Assembly (NCBI GenBank): GCA_043228905.1
Contig: JBHGNT010000016.1
Location: 6,386,001-6,450,000 of the forward strand
DNA: 64,000 nt
Direction: 5' to 3'
DNA from: Azolla caroliniana
Taxonomy: Eukaryota; Plantae; Polypodiophyta
Shown piece by piece: positions 12,281-25,020 of the stretch (within the stretch, counting starts at the first letter, position 1; each line of letters starts with the position of its first letter). Under the pieces are notes generated by a model that searched no databases, had not been told where the DNA came from, and was given only the letters and a program-made list of their open reading frames with translations. Position numbers and translations under genes: made by a program.

Positions 12281-15200
12281 CTATCCCCCCTTTAAAACGA
12301 CGAGTGTCACGAGTCGTTTTGGATGGAGGACCCGGTTTGTGTGGATATTGACGATGGAAGTCTTCAAGAAGCGCACAAGCATTGGTCACATTCTCGATCG
12401 GTTCCCAAGTACGTTCGCTGGGACTATAGCCTAGCCAATCGACTAGATAGTAGAGCTTGTTGCGAACAATCTTGGAATCAAGGATGGCGGTAACCTTGTA
12501 CTCTGGTCCATCTTCAAGCTCGATAGAGGGTGGAGGTTGTATAATACGTCCTGGGATGGTGCTCTCGTGATAGGGTTCGAGGAGAAAACTATGAAACACC
12601 GGATGTATCCGAAGTTGAGGAGGTAGATCGAGAAGAAAAGCGACATCATTAATCTTTCCGATAATATGGAAAGGACCTAATCGCCGATAATCCAACTTCT
12701 CACATGGGCGAGTAGTCTTGATGTGTCGTCGTAACAACCACACACGATCTCCAATGTTAAAACTAGATGGAAGTCGATGACGATCCGCGTAGACCTTGTG
12801 TGTTTGTTGAGCTTGCTGGAGATGAGTAGATAAATCTGCTTGTATCTTGCATAACTGCTCCAAACGATCCCCCGCGCAAGGATTTGTGGACACCTCTGGG
12901 GTTTCAAGTACACTCCACCGAGGGTGACATCCCGTATAAGCATAAAATGGCGTAACTTTAGTCGATGCGTGGATAGAGTTATTATAGGCGAAGTGGAGTA
13001 TATCTGCCCAATTATCTTGATGATAGCTGAGAAAGCACCGCAGATACTGCTCCAACGTTTGATTTGTTCGTTCAGCTTGGTCGTCGGTTTGTGGGTGGTA
13101 GCCGGAGGAGAGGTTACAAGTGACCTTGAGCATTTTAAAAAGGTGCTTCCAGAATTTTGACACGAACTGGGGTCCACGGTCGCTGACGATACTATCGGGA
13201 AGTCCATGATGCCGACATACTTCACGCATGACAATTTCGGCGGTGTCTTCACTGGAGATTTCCTTAGTACATGGCAAGAAATGAGCCATCTTCGTATATC
13301 GATCTACCACTGTTAGAATCACATTGAACCCCTTAGAGACTGGAAGATCTGTGATGAAGTCTAGAGCAATGGATTGTCACGGCTTGCTTGGAATTGGTAA
13401 TGGTTCTAATAAACCATATGGATGATGCCTTGGCATTTTCGCTCTGCAGCATGTATCACAAGTCCGAACAAAATTGTCGACAAATTGTCGCATACGGAGC
13501 CACCAAAATGATCGTTGTACTAAATCTAATGTTTTAGTACTACCAAAATGCCCAACTGTATATGTGTCAGGACAGTTTTGTACTACTCGAAGGCGGCAAG
13601 AACCATTAGGAACATACAAAAGTTCTTTAAAGAAGAGTAATCCATCATGGTATTTGAATTGCCGATAGTCCATACCTGGTGGTTGCAACTGTGAACACGA
13701 CGCTCGAGAGGGGATCAATTTGTGCTAGTATAGCTTGGGCGAAAGCATCTGTCTTCAGGTCCGCACGTATGATATTGATAACGTGGGAATCCATGGGCAT
13801 GCCAAAAACCTGTGTTGCTTGCAGTCGTGCCGGTCCCAAGTTTACTTGCTTTTGGTTATCGAAAGCTGGCTCGCCGGGACGCGGTGTTAGATACGAACGC
13901 CGTGATAATGCATCTGCCTTCCCTTGGTGCTTCTCCGGATGATATGTAATTTTGAAGTCGAAACGCGTGAGGAAGTGGGCCCACCAAGCTTGACGTCGAT
14001 TTAACACATGAGCATCCTGAAAGTAGGCAAGGTTTTTATGGTCACTGAATACAGTGACTTGATGAGAGGATCCCTCTAAAAAATGCCTCCATTGCATAAA
14101 CGAGTCCACTATTGCCAATAGCTCCTTATCATGGATTTCATAGTTGATTTCGGCGACATCAAACTTGCGTGAGTGAAAAGCCACAGGATGTAGCTTCTCA
14201 TAATTACCTCGTTGTGACAGAATGCTCCCCAATGCGAAATCCGATGCGTCAACTTCGATAATGAATGGTTTTTCCGGATTGACATGAGCTAGAATTGGAG
14301 CCGATGTAAATGCTTTTTTAAGACTCTTGAAATCCATATCTGCTTCTTCAGAACAAACGAACGATTGTCCCTTCCTGGTAAGCTGTGTGAGAGGCAGAAC
14401 GAGCTTTGAGTAATCTTGTATAAACTTCCGGTAAAAATTGGCAAAGCCTAAAAAGCATTGCACATCCCGCACCGAGTGCAGAGTCTACCATTCTACCACC
14501 GTCTTGACCTTAGCTGGGTCCATGGAGATGCCTTCTGATGAAATGACATAGCCAAGAAATTCCACCTGGTTGCACCCGAAACTACATTTTTCTAGCTTTG
14601 CGTAAAGACCATGTTCTCGAAGTCGTTTTAGTACTAACAGTACATGAGAATCATGCTCTTCTTCGGTCTTTGAATAAACCAATAGATCATCAAAGTAGAT
14701 GATCAAACACACATCCAAGAGATCTCAGAATATATCATTTGCCATGTGTTGGAAGATTGTTGGCACATTAGTGAGGCCGAACGACATGACCGTATACTCG
14801 AAGTGCCCATATCTAGTGCGGAACGCGGTCTTCCATTCATCTCCTGGTCGGATCCGTACGAGGTTATAGGCCCCCCATAAGTCAATCTTTGTGAAGAACC
14901 TAGCACCATTGATCCGTTCTAAAAGACTTGAGATAAGGGGAAGTGCATACCTATTGTGGATTGTAACTTTATTCAAGCCACGGTAATCTACCACTAGACG
15001 AAGTGAGCCATCCTTTTTCTTGACGAAGAAAATGGGTGCGCCGGTTGGAGATTTCGAATGTCGAATGAATCCATTCTCCAAATTCTCCTCGATATAGGCT
15101 CGAAGGACTTCTAGCTCGGTTGGTGACAAATTGTAGATCGGTCCCCATGGTGGCTCTTTCCCCGGTTGTAAATCGATGGGGCAATCATATGGTCGATGGT

Positions 15201-15825
15201 GAGGAAGCGTATTGGCTCGTACTTTATCAAATACATCGGCATAATGATGATACTTCTTTGGAAGCTGAACGGTGGACTCCTCTTTAATGGTGTCGAAGGG
15301 TTTTAGTGATATTGCGAAGAGAAACATTTCTTCCTTGCGTCCTTCTTCCCGCAACTGATGTAGTGAAATGGTGGCAATCTTCTGAGTAGATCCTCGGGTT
15401 TGTCGACACTGGATTTCTCTTGTTCTCCAATCTATGTCTGGGTTATGTAACTCGAACCATGGTAATCCCAAAACGATGGGATGTTCTGGGATACTGATAA
15501 TGTTAAATGATACTACACATGCTAAGTTATCTAGGACAATATTAACGGGTTCTAACTCTTCTATGATATTTCCGGAAGCAATGGGACGTCCATCAATGAC
15601 GACTACAGAGGCTGGACACGGGAGTTTTCTAAGAGATATCTGATGAGCTTGGGCAAAATTCCTGTCCATAAAGCAAGAATTAGCTCCCGGAGTCTAGAAG
15701 TGCTAAGACGTGTACTGGAGGGGTACTTTTAGTACTAACTATTACTTGGACTACGAACACATTGCAAACTTGCTTAGAGGGAATGGAACCATTAATGGGT
15801 TGCATAGATCTAGGGTTGTCCAACC
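12273..15825 (-). pseudogene. Chromovirus A pol (PR-RT-RH-IN-chromodomain), disrupted
   Basis: Fragments 14725-15669, 14485-14718 (YFDD), 13645-14472, 13377-13718 and 12273-13322 are collinear with the intact pol at 28447-32004. Confidence 0.93.
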
Positions 15826-15849
15826 AAACGGCTCCTATTTTGGCTGGAC

Positions 15850-16992
15850 TTAGTCGTTTAACTCTTCTTCTAACTGACTAAGGACATCAAATTTGTTCGC
15901 TAGATCTAGGCCATTAGTACTATTAGTACTATCAGATATCCCTATTGTAATAGGCTTGGGTTTAGTACAATTAGAACTAGCAACTATTTGGTTTACCTGT
16001 CTTCTTGGCCTATGGGGACAATTTATTGCAATGTGTCCTGGTCCACCGCAGTAGAGACATAGTCGATTTGTTCGACGTTGTTGCTTTTCTTCTTCGGATA
16101 ATGGCCCTCGACGACGTGTAGTGTCAATCTCCATTGGAGTATTCACTGGAGGCGCATTATAGTACTCCCTCGGTAAAGGTTTTGCTACCATTGAGGCGTA
16201 GGTGGGCTCTGATCTTGCCCTCGGCATCTGTAGCTGTTGTTCCGAACGTCGCTCAAAGAGGCGGTTGTCACATCTCACCGCACGACTAATTGCTTCTGTT
16301 AAGGACTTTGGCTCTTCAAGGAAGGTCAAGAGTAAATCCTTGACATCGTTGCGTAAACCATAACGAAATTGCTCCATCAACGCTTGATCATCCCAAGGGA
16401 TGTCAGCGGCGAGTAGGTGGAAATCTACAGCGTATGCAGAGGCTGGACGGTCTCCTTGGCGTAATCGCCGGATTTTGTTGATTGCGGTCCTTATGTTGTC
16501 AGTATCTCCAAAGCATGCTTTAAACTCACCTATAAACTCTTCAAAGTTGTTGAGTAATGGAGACTCCTTTTCCAACAGTGGAGCGAACCATGCCAACGCT
16601 GAGCCACTTAACAACGTCCCTACTAAACCCACTCGTGATGCATCGCTAGGATATCGGGAAGGATGCATTTTAATAACTAATCGTACCTGATTAAGGAACC
16701 CTCTAAACTGCGATTGTGTTCCATCGAACTTCGTGGGAAAGCCAATCTTGGGTTCCTTATGAATCCCTTGTGTTCCGGGGCCTTGTTGTTGCATCGCTAC
16801 GATGGTTACTTCAAGTTGTTGCACGCGTAATGCAAGTTCCCCATGTTGTTGTGTTTGCTGCTTTTCTAAGGAGATTTGTTGAAGATCCCCCAACAACCGT
16901 TGATTTTCTTGTTCCAAAGCAAGGAACTTCTCTTTCAAGCATTGAAACTCTGAGAAAATAGATTGATATTCCTGAGCACTAATCGTGGCCAT
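15850..16992 (-). CDS. Chromovirus A gag (intact; sushi/PEG10-type capsid plus CCHC knuckle)
   Basis: MATISAQEY...PTKFDG...LRQG...PMEID...CLYCGGPGHIAINC. Confidence 0.9.
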   Translation of the reverse strand: MATISAQEYQSIFSEFQCLKEKFLALEQENQRLLGDLQQISLEKQQTQQHGELALRVQQLEVTIVAMQQQGPGTQGIHKEPKIGFPTKFDGTQSQFRGFLNQVRLVIKMHPSRYPSDASRVGLVGTLLSGSALAWFAPLLEKESPLLNNFEEFIGEFKACFGDTDNIRTAINKIRRLRQGDRPASAYAVDFHLLAADIPWDDQALMEQFRYGLRNDVKDLLLTFLEEPKSLTEAISRAVRCDNRLFERRSEQQLQMPRARSEPTYASMVAKPLPREYYNAPPVNTPMEIDTTRRRGPLSEEEKQQRRTNRLCLYCGGPGHIAINCPHRPRRQVNQIVASSNCTKPKPITIGISDSTNSTNGLDLANKFDVLSQLEEELND

Positions 16993-17063
16993 GGGATGAA
17001 AAGAAAAGAGGGATAAGAGATTAGTATGAAGGGAGAGAGACAGAAGGAGAAATTGGTTCAAAC

Positions 17064-17214
17064 TATCAGGAATAGTACTAAACAGAGAGAGGATTAGTAC
17101 TAAACAGAGAGAGAATTACTACTAGAGAAGGGAAGTACTATTAGTACTAAGGGGACGGGACTGCGTAAGACTCCTGAGAGAGGAAGAGAGAAGAGTAGAG
17201 AGAGAGATAGAGAG

Positions 17215-17269
<55 letters not shown>

Positions 17270-17547
17270 GATAACATATTATATCTTATAAGAAGAGTAA
17301 GTACAAAAGGGCTATGAGGCTAAAGACTGGTGTTGAACATAATGCCTAGTGCCCTCTTTTATAGTGTTCTCAGGAGTAATCCTGAAGCTTCTAGAATGTT
17401 CTAGAGAAATCTGGAATATACATTAATTTCCTATAATAAAATGTAAATGAAAATAATATCTTACGTATTACAATAGATGATATAATGGTCAAGAGCTCGA
17501 CCCATATAACCTAAGGTCATGGGTTCGAGTCTTGCCATATCATGACA
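17064..17547 (-). repeat. 5' LTR of chromovirus A
   Basis: Copy of 11815-12280 with a longer GA run, a terminal TG>TA change on the plus strand and a 14-bp deletion at ~17338. Confidence 0.95.
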
Positions 17548-18981
17548 CACAAAAACTCTCGCCGAATTCCTTCTTTCCGTAGATACGCTGTAAACTCATC
17601 CGAGAAATATTCCTTGCCTCCATCCGATCGAAGACATCATACATGTCGGCCCGGCTTTCTCGACTTCATTCTTGAATTTTTGGAAGTGTCTGAACACTTC
17701 GCTCTTTTGCCGCATCGGGTAGATCCAAGTGTGCCTAGAGAAGTCGTCGATGAAGGTCACGTAGTATCGGCATCCGCCGAATGTCGCCGTCTGAGCCAGA
17801 CCCCATACATCAGAATGAATTACGTCGAGTACGCCTTTACTCACGTTCCGCTCCTTCGGAAATGGGTGCCGATGTTGCTTGCCGAATTGGCAAGCGGCAC
17901 ACACGCCTTCAATCTCTTTCTCCGTGAATGTCGGGAGCCTGATGACGACTCCTTTCGATTGCATTGCTTTAAGCTTTTGAAGGTTGATATGGCCAATCCG
18001 CTTGTGCCATAACTCTAGGTCAGACTCGGCTTTCGTGCCTTTTGCGAACATGGCCGATTTCATTTCGTGCGAGTCGAGAATGAACATTTGGCCCTCTCTT
18101 CGTCCGCGCGCGATGAGTCAGCCCTCTTTTTCGATGAAGCAACTGCCTTGATTAAATCGAACTTGCATTCCTTGCTCTACAATTTGGCCGAAGGAGACCA
18201 AATTCTTTGTGATAGTTGGTACATGCAAGACATTTTTAATGTAAGTTTGCATACCTTCTTCTCCGAACGGAACATTGCCGATGTGCCGAATCGGGTGCAT
18301 AGAGTCGTCTCCGGTTTCGACATAGCCAGGTCGGTCCGGCTCTCGAAGTTCTTAGAACCATTCTTGATGCGACGTCATATGGTTCAAGGCACCGGAATCG
18401 ACGAACCATACGTCTTCCGAACCGGAGGCATTAGTAGAAGTAGAGGCCGACATAGAATTCGCTCTATGTCTCATCACGAACATTCCGTCGCGATCGTCAT
18501 AGCCGGAGTTGATGGCGTAGTTGGTGAGTTGTCGGCTAGTGGAAGCCGACTCGCGTATCTCCAGTGTGGTTTAGAAAATCCACTAAGCCCACCCGACTCC
18601 GTGATTGTGTGTTCGAGATGCCGACGACAAAATCCGGCTATCAGCTACCATAGTGTCGCTACGTAGCACGTGTACGTGATCGAAGGAAAGTGAATGGCTT
18701 ATTGGTTAGGGTTATTCAATGTGTGTAGAAGGTGTAGAGTTTGATGCTCGCTTAGAGCGACTACATTAAAATATATTCCTTTTTCTTTACTTTTATATGG
18801 CGAAAGGGACATTTGCATTTAATGCAAATGAGGAGGCTCCTTTTCTATAAAAAGGGGGGAGGGCTTCTTTTGGGTCCTTCGTTCTTCGTTTTTGGGGTGG
18901 TCTTCCTTGACATTTTTGGGAGCTCGAGAGTGTTCATCTTCGTCTTCTTCAGTTTTCCTTTTTTCTTAAACTTTCCTTTGT

Positions 18982-19462
18982 GAGGTTTTGACACTTCAGA
19001 GGAGGAAGTTTTCACTCTTGTCGTTCGTCTTCTTTGGTTTTCTTTCATTCTTCGACTCTTCTTTGTGTCACTCTCGTCGCTCATCTTCTTTGGTTTTGTT
19101 TTATTCTTCGACTCTTCTTTGTGTAGGTTACGACACTTCAGAGGAGGGAGTCTTCACTCTCGTCGTTAGTCTTCTTTGGGTTTCTTTTATTCTTCGACTC
19201 TTCTTTGTCTAGTATGTCAGAGGAGGGAGTCTTCACCCTCATTGTTCGTCTTCTTTGGTTTTCTTTTATTCTTCAACTTTTCTTTGTGTAGGGTTTGACA
19301 CTTCAAAGGAGGGAGTCTTCACTCTCGTCATTCGTCTTCTTTGGGTTTCTTTTATTCTTCGAGTCTTCTTTGTCTAGGTTTCAACATTTCAGAGGAGGGA
19401 TTCTTCACTCTCGTTGTTCGTCTTCTTTGGGTTTCTTTTCTTCTTCAACCCTTCTTTGTTTC
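18982..19462. repeat. Tandem array of about 5-6 degenerate ~86-bp units
   Basis: Recurrent gacacttcagaggagggagtcttcactctcgtcgttcgtcttctttgggtttcttttattcttcgactcttctttgt. Confidence 0.85.
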
Positions 19463-19625
19463 TTTTAGGTTTTCAATGTTCAAATGGAGGAGCTCCCCAC
19501 ACTCGGTGTTCATCGTGGTTCTCAATATTTTCAAGCTCGTTTCGTCAAGGCAAGAAGGAGGTGGTAAGTGACCACATCAGTTGTTTGTAGGGAGGACAGA
19601 GTGGCACAAAAACTCTACCCCGATT

Positions 19626-19956
19626 TGTTAGGAAACAGGTCCCTCCGGATGGGAAGTGAGAAGAACAGTGTTGATGAGAAACTCCGTTGAGGCCGAAACC
19701 GGATGAGGAATACCCGAAAACGGAAGACCCAGTGAGAACCGGATGACAAGTACCCGTCAAGCGCCGGATGATGCAGGCCCGGTGAGGAGTGCTCACCGGA
19801 TGAAGAGACATATTTGTAAATATGTTTCTAAGAGTCCATCGTGGCTATATTTGTAAATAGCCGAAAAGTCATATTAGTATAAATATGACTTAGGGCAAAC
19901 TTTTGAGTTGTGTTGTTGTCATTCTTGTTGGTGCAAGAAGAGAGAGCGTAACAGTG

Positions 19957-20003
<47 letters not shown>

Positions 20004-20271
20004 GTTGTTGCCTCTGTTGTAACCGTCGCCTATGGCGAAGATCGTGAGCACGAGGTTGTTGCCTCCGTGAGCTCACTGTTGTACATTGTGATATAGTGAT
20101 AGTTTGCAGCCTGTGGGTTGCCGTGGTTTTTCCCTAGTTTGGGTTTTCCACGTAAACATCCTGTGTACTCTTCTCTCCTTTTTGTCGTGCATTCTTTCCC
20201 CGTTTTTCTGTGTATGATTCTAAGCTCGGTTGTGGCCGAGCATTGCGCATAGGGAGCGTGAGTTCCAGACA
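19626..20271 (+). repeat. 5' LTR of Copia 2
   Basis: tgttaggaaac...ttccagaca; matches 46386-47064. Confidence 0.95.
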
Positions 20272-20274
20272 AAG

Positions 20275-20286
20275 TGGTATCAGAGC
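20275..20286 (+). promoter_or_regulatory. Primer binding site, tRNA-iMet
   Basis: TGGTATCAGAGC 3 nt after the LTR; the standard plant iMet PBS. Confidence 0.93.
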
Positions 20287-20302
20287 GAAGCGACACAGAA
20301 AA

Positions 20303-20838
20303 ATGGAAGAATCGTTGGGAGGCATGTTCAAGCTCACCGGCTCCAACTATTCCGTGTGGAAGTCGAAGATGAGGGACATGCTCGTGGTTAAAGATCTTTG
20401 GTTGCCGGTTCAGTTCGGGGACAAGAGACCGAACAAAATCGACGCCACAATATGGGAGGTGATGCACATGAAGACAACGACGTACATACGGTGCTTCATC
20501 GACATGAGCCTATACAACAACTTCAATGAAGAGAGCAAGGCTCATGAGCTCTGGGAGAAGATCGACATTATGTTTCAGAACAAAAATATTGTTAACTAGG
20601 TTTCGGTATTCTGGAAGCTAGTAAGACTCCGGTACCAAGATGACTCCAGCATGGCGGAGCACATGAATGCCTTCCAGGGGCTGATACACCATGCAACATC
20701 ATTGGAAGTACCTCTTGCCGACGAGGTACTAGCGCTACTCCTGCTCGGTTCCCTCTCGGATAGCTGGGAGACGTTGGTTGTCACTTTGGACAATGCCGGG
20801 CCGGAAGGGAAACGGTTATCCCTAGCAAGAGTGAAGTC
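20303..20838 (+). pseudogene. Copia 2 gag, N-terminal part
   Basis: MEESLGGMFKLTGSNYSVWKSKMRDML...LLLLGSLSDSWETLV; one in-frame stop; cut by the Gypsy insertion. Confidence 0.88.
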
Positions 20839-21294
20839 TATTACCCGTTCCTTTGGGTGAACACCTTCGATAGATCTGCGTCTATCGGTCTTCAAGGGCG
20901 TGGTACGTGAAGGCTCGTAATAGAGGCGTCGAGAGAGATACAGGGCTTAGAGAGAAAACACTAGCGAGGTCTTGATAGACGTGGCGGCGTGAAATTCATA
21001 GGTATGGATCAAAGCACAGACTCATGCAGCAAAAATAGGCACAAATAAGATATATTACTATGGTAGAAAAGATTACAGAACACGGCCTATGGCTGGTGAC
21101 CTTACGAGTTTATCTAATCTCGAATGACTAAGCTAGTGCTTCCGCCTATAGTTTTCTTCTCTCCCCTTCTGAGGTACTGCTCCTCGTTTAAATAACCTTT
21201 CCCCTAATACACCGCCGAGCCGTCGGTGGCCCGTGATACTCGGACTGGACGTTTGCTAATTTCCTAATTTTACATTTCTGTCCCCTAGACAACA
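20839..21294 (-). repeat. 3' LTR of the non-chromovirus Gypsy
   Basis: Matches 36240-36695. Confidence 0.95.
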
Positions 21295-21393
21295 CCTGGC
21301 ACGCCTGTGGGACAGGACCTTGTCCGTTGGACCCACGACTTACAAAATACTAACAATATTACAAAAAATTGCATTTGAGGCGTGATCCTCGTT

Positions 21394-24300
21394 TCATTCC
21401 TCCTTTAAGATGTCGAGGATGCTTTCGGGGTCCGGGGTGGTGGCAGGGTGGTCTAGTTGGATTGTCGGTGCGGGGGGTGAAGTTTGGTCCGGGGGTGGCA
21501 TAACTTCTCAGACGTCCGCCTCAGGTGCAGCCGATTCTTCTGGTGGGGGTGTGGGTTCGTGGGCGTTGACCTCTACTTCGACAGGCTCTGGTACCGTATG
21601 GGCGTCCATGGAATGTATGTTGGCCGGGGCAAGTTCCTCCTGTGCCGTGTCCGTGATCTCCTTGCTGGGAGATTCTTCTTTCTGCTCTGTGGCCGTTGGA
21701 GGGCTGGTGGGGATGGCTGCGAGGCGTTCTCGTTCGAAGGCTTCGGCTTCCATGCGAAACAACATCTGACCGTCATTGAAGTCCTCCATTATTTGGTCGA
21801 TTGCCGCGGTGTGAGATTTTGCCAAGGACTAGTAATCCTCGGTTAAATCTGCACGCAGGTTTTGTATGCTGCCTTCGTCCATTTTGTAGAAGCCGCGGCC
21901 CTCCTTCCGTCGGTTCTCGGCGTCGGCGCGTAAAATATGCAATTCGGCAGCTTGGGCTGCCCATTCGTCTCCTGCGCGACTTAATGTTTCCTCGACCTTT
22001 TTGGTAAGGTGTTGGCGCTGTTTCTCGATCAATATTCTGATGCGTGTCTCATCCATGCCGGGCTGTGCTCGGATGGCTGCTAATTCCTGTTTTAAGCCGT
22101 CGACCTCGGCCTGAATCTTCTGTGTTCTGAGCTCATAGATGGCCTGAGTGTTCTTTGCATCCGCGGTTACGAGCTGGAGAGCCTGCTCATAACGCTTGGT
22201 GAGTTCTTCGGTGGCCTGCTCCCGTTCTTTCTTACACGTGGCCCGGATATGTTCCCGTTTGACGATTCTCTCTTCTTGTAGGGCGAAGTAGGAATCCGAT
22301 AAGGCGTCTTTTTGCTCCGAAAGTAGCTTGCATTTGATGAAAAACTCGTCAGCCATCTCTTTAAGGGTCGTACGTTGACTCGGCAGCTCGGCATTCTCCG
22401 CGTTCATCCTCTCCTCCCGTTGGCGATTTCTTTCCTCCTGCCGCTGGTTCCAGTCTTTTGCATTGTCGAGCGCGGCCTGTAGGTCTAGAACCTCCTTCTC
22501 TTTCTTCACCATTATGGCTGCGTATTCCTCCAGCTTGCTTTTGAGTTCGGCTTCCTTGCCCGCGGCTTGCGCTTGTACCCAGCCTAGTGCTTCGTTCTGC
22601 TCGTGTATCCTTTGGTCGGCTTGGGCTCTTATCTCGGCCATCTGCTTGGAAGCTTCTTCTTTTAGGCGAGCCATCGCCTCTTGATGTCGTTGTTCGTGTC
22701 TCTCAGTTCGCCGTTCTTCTTCTTTAAGCTCTGCACGCTAAACCCGGAGCGGGGGTTCTGTCTGGGTTGCCACCTCCTTGGGTGCACGAGGTGGTGGTAT
22801 CTCGGTCTTCTCCGTGGGCGTGGGCGCCTCGGTTGTTGTGCATGCATCGACCATTTGTAACGAGTCCGTTTGTGTACTGGCCTGCACCTTCAGGATTGAG
22901 TCGGTGATGGTGCTTGCATCCATCATTGTTATGCGTGGAGGCGCTGGGAGGGCCTCGGTGGTCGTTACCTAAAAGCTCGGGAGTTGTTGTTCCGGCCGGT
23001 TTTGCTCCCAGGCTGCCAGCTTCTGGTTCGCAGCGTGCCCTAGTTCTGTAGCCATCTTAGCCTATTTTTGGGCTATTTTTATCTTTCGGGCCATGTCTTT
23101 GGCTGCCCGCGTAGTGCGATCCAGGTCCCAATATGCCTCGATAAGGGCCGTGTTCAACTCGGGGACCTCCATGAGGAGAGCGGCCTGTTTTGCCTGCTTC
23201 TTCCTCCCGATTTTTTGTAAAGCCTTGTCCTCTTGGGGCTCAATTTCACCTATTAGCGCGCGTTGAATCATTTTTGTTTCGGCGTGCTCTTCCGCCATTC
23301 GAGCGGCTGTCGCGACTTGGGCTCTGGCGAGGAAGTCGACCAGCTCGAATGACGTACCGAGGCGTAGGAGCGCACTAAATTCATAAGGCTCTGCGGGGAG
23401 GTTCTTATACCCGAGGACTTCATCCTTCGAGATCTGTTTTGTCTGCCCATGCTCGATCGTTCCCTGGTTCAGCGATGCCTCCGCAGGGGTGATGGCCAGG
23501 TTGCTCTGTCTGACCACTAAGGCTTGCTCCTGTTGTGGCTCCTTCTGTTCTTCCGATGACTCGCGGTTGAGTCGTCTTCTCTTGCTTGGCTGTGTTTGGG
23601 GTTCCGGGGCCGGTAGTGTCGTTTCCTCCGCCTACTTCCTTTTTTGGGGTCGTGGTGGTGCAGCCTGCTGTGTGTTGGGGCGTGGGCTAGGTCCTGGGGA
23701 CGTTACCGAGGGGCGCGACGTTGGCTATCGAATGGTGACGTTATCGGCCGTGTTGTCTTCCACGGCTACCTCCTCCTCCCATTCTTGGCAGGTCTCGGAA
23801 ACTACCCTTTTTTGTTGGGGTTGGGCGGGTGGTGGTGCAGATGCGGTTTTTTGGTCGGCGGTAGGGGGTGAAGGCGATGTGGGATCCTCCCATGCTTCGT
23901 GGCTGATGGCCACGAATTTCTCTCTCTGCCTTCGTCGTGGTGGTGGGGACGTGAGTGTGCGAGGGGAAGGAAGCGAAGAGGGTGGGTATAGAACCATCAA
24001 AAAGTGGCTAAGAACAGACAACATCTTCTTACCAGACTGAAATGAAGCGAAGGCGGCGCAGAGTCCTTCGCCTGTGATGATTCCCCAATTGATTCTGTTT
24101 CCTTCATACGCGCTGATGATGATGGCTGCCTTGTTCTGCGGCATGCTCGTTGGGTTCGTATGCATGAACACATACTCCATTAATATACGAGCAATCTCCC
24201 CGAAAGCTTTGTTGGGACCGCCATATGTGCGATATGCCTTCCCTGAGGCTGAGTACTCACCGAAGTACGCCTTCATCTTTGATGCCGGGGGTATGTCGAC

Positions 24301-24558
24301 CTCATGGTCCCCCCCCCGTTGCAGGTCCAAAACAGCCCGAAGCATGTTGTTGGTGATGGCTTCAGGACTTATACGTTTAGCCACAGTTTGGGCATCTGGG
24401 TGCGGGGGGGCATCGATGATCTTCAGGTAACTGCCCATTCCTCGTTCTTGGAGCCAGGCGCGGGTTTCTGTTGAGGCGGTAAGAGGCATGGTGGAGATGG
24501 AGGCGGGGTTCGACTGTGTGGAAGCGTGAAGCAAAGTGATGAGGCGAGGGCGAGCCAT
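21394..24558 (-). pseudogene. Gypsy accessory ORF3 (~1050 codons; N-terminal globular domain, Pro-rich linker, coiled coil), broken by in-frame stops
   Basis: ORF fragments 23725-24558, 23062-23517, 22738-22926, 21829-22674 and 21508-21825 all share one frame and are separated by TAG/TGA codons; the frame ends ...DILKEE* at 21394. Confidence 0.8.
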
Positions 24559-25020
24559 AGGAGGAACAGTAGGAAGGGGAAGTCCAGCAGAGAGGTTATG
24601 AGAGCGAAAGAGGGCTTGAGAGCAAGAGCGCTTAGCGTGATGAGAGCGAGACGAGGTTTCTGATCTTGAGAGCGATGGAGATGGGGAGCGATAATGGTCT
24701 GTGTTGCGTTTTGGAAACGGTTTTAGTAACTTATTCCTAGGGTTTTGTGCCTGAAGCGAATCCTAAAGATTATGAGTCGTGGGTGCCATAATAAGTGACT
24801 AGCACCACGTGTCCTGAAGGTGAGTGGGGTACTTCTAGTGCTTTGCATGTGGTTTGCATGTGTGAACAACTTAAATAGGTACTAACTGAGTGGTGGCGAG
24901 GGGTGCTCCTAAAATTGTGGGTGCCTAGGTGGGTGGTGTAGGTGTAGCTAATCAGTGGCTAAACTATGGTTAATCCTACCTACTACTACTTTTATTAATT
25001 TCAAGAAGGTGGGTGAGTCC

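Larger units (their letters stand above)
11815..17547 (-). mobile_element. Ty3/Gypsy chromovirus A (Tcn1/sushi-like), full length, pol decayed; TSD CACAA
   Basis: LTRs at 11815-12280 and 17064-17547; CACAA at 11810-11814 and 17548-17552; PPT AAAGGGGGGATAG; gag, PR, RT, RH, IN and chromodomain on the minus strand with stops and frameshifts. Confidence 0.96.
9078..18550 (-). mobile_element. Ty1/Copia LTR retrotransposon 1, 5'-truncated (no gag or 5' LTR), split by chromovirus A
   Basis: Minus-strand order is protease (VWFVDSGA, ~18390), GAG-pre-integrase/integrase (WHKRIGH, CxxC, IHSDVWG; 17596-18087, continuing 11184-11810), RT (YVDDL, 9777-10769), partial RNase H, PPT TTGAGGGGGCG, LTR. Confidence 0.88.

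Noticed and set aside
18982-19462. CRISPR-like array
   Set aside because: Units are contiguous degenerate tandem copies without unique spacers; the context is eukaryotic and no cas genes are present.
21394-24558. True retroviral envelope gene
   Set aside because: No signal peptide, furin/fusion peptide or transmembrane anchor is evident; kept as an accessory ORF of unknown function.
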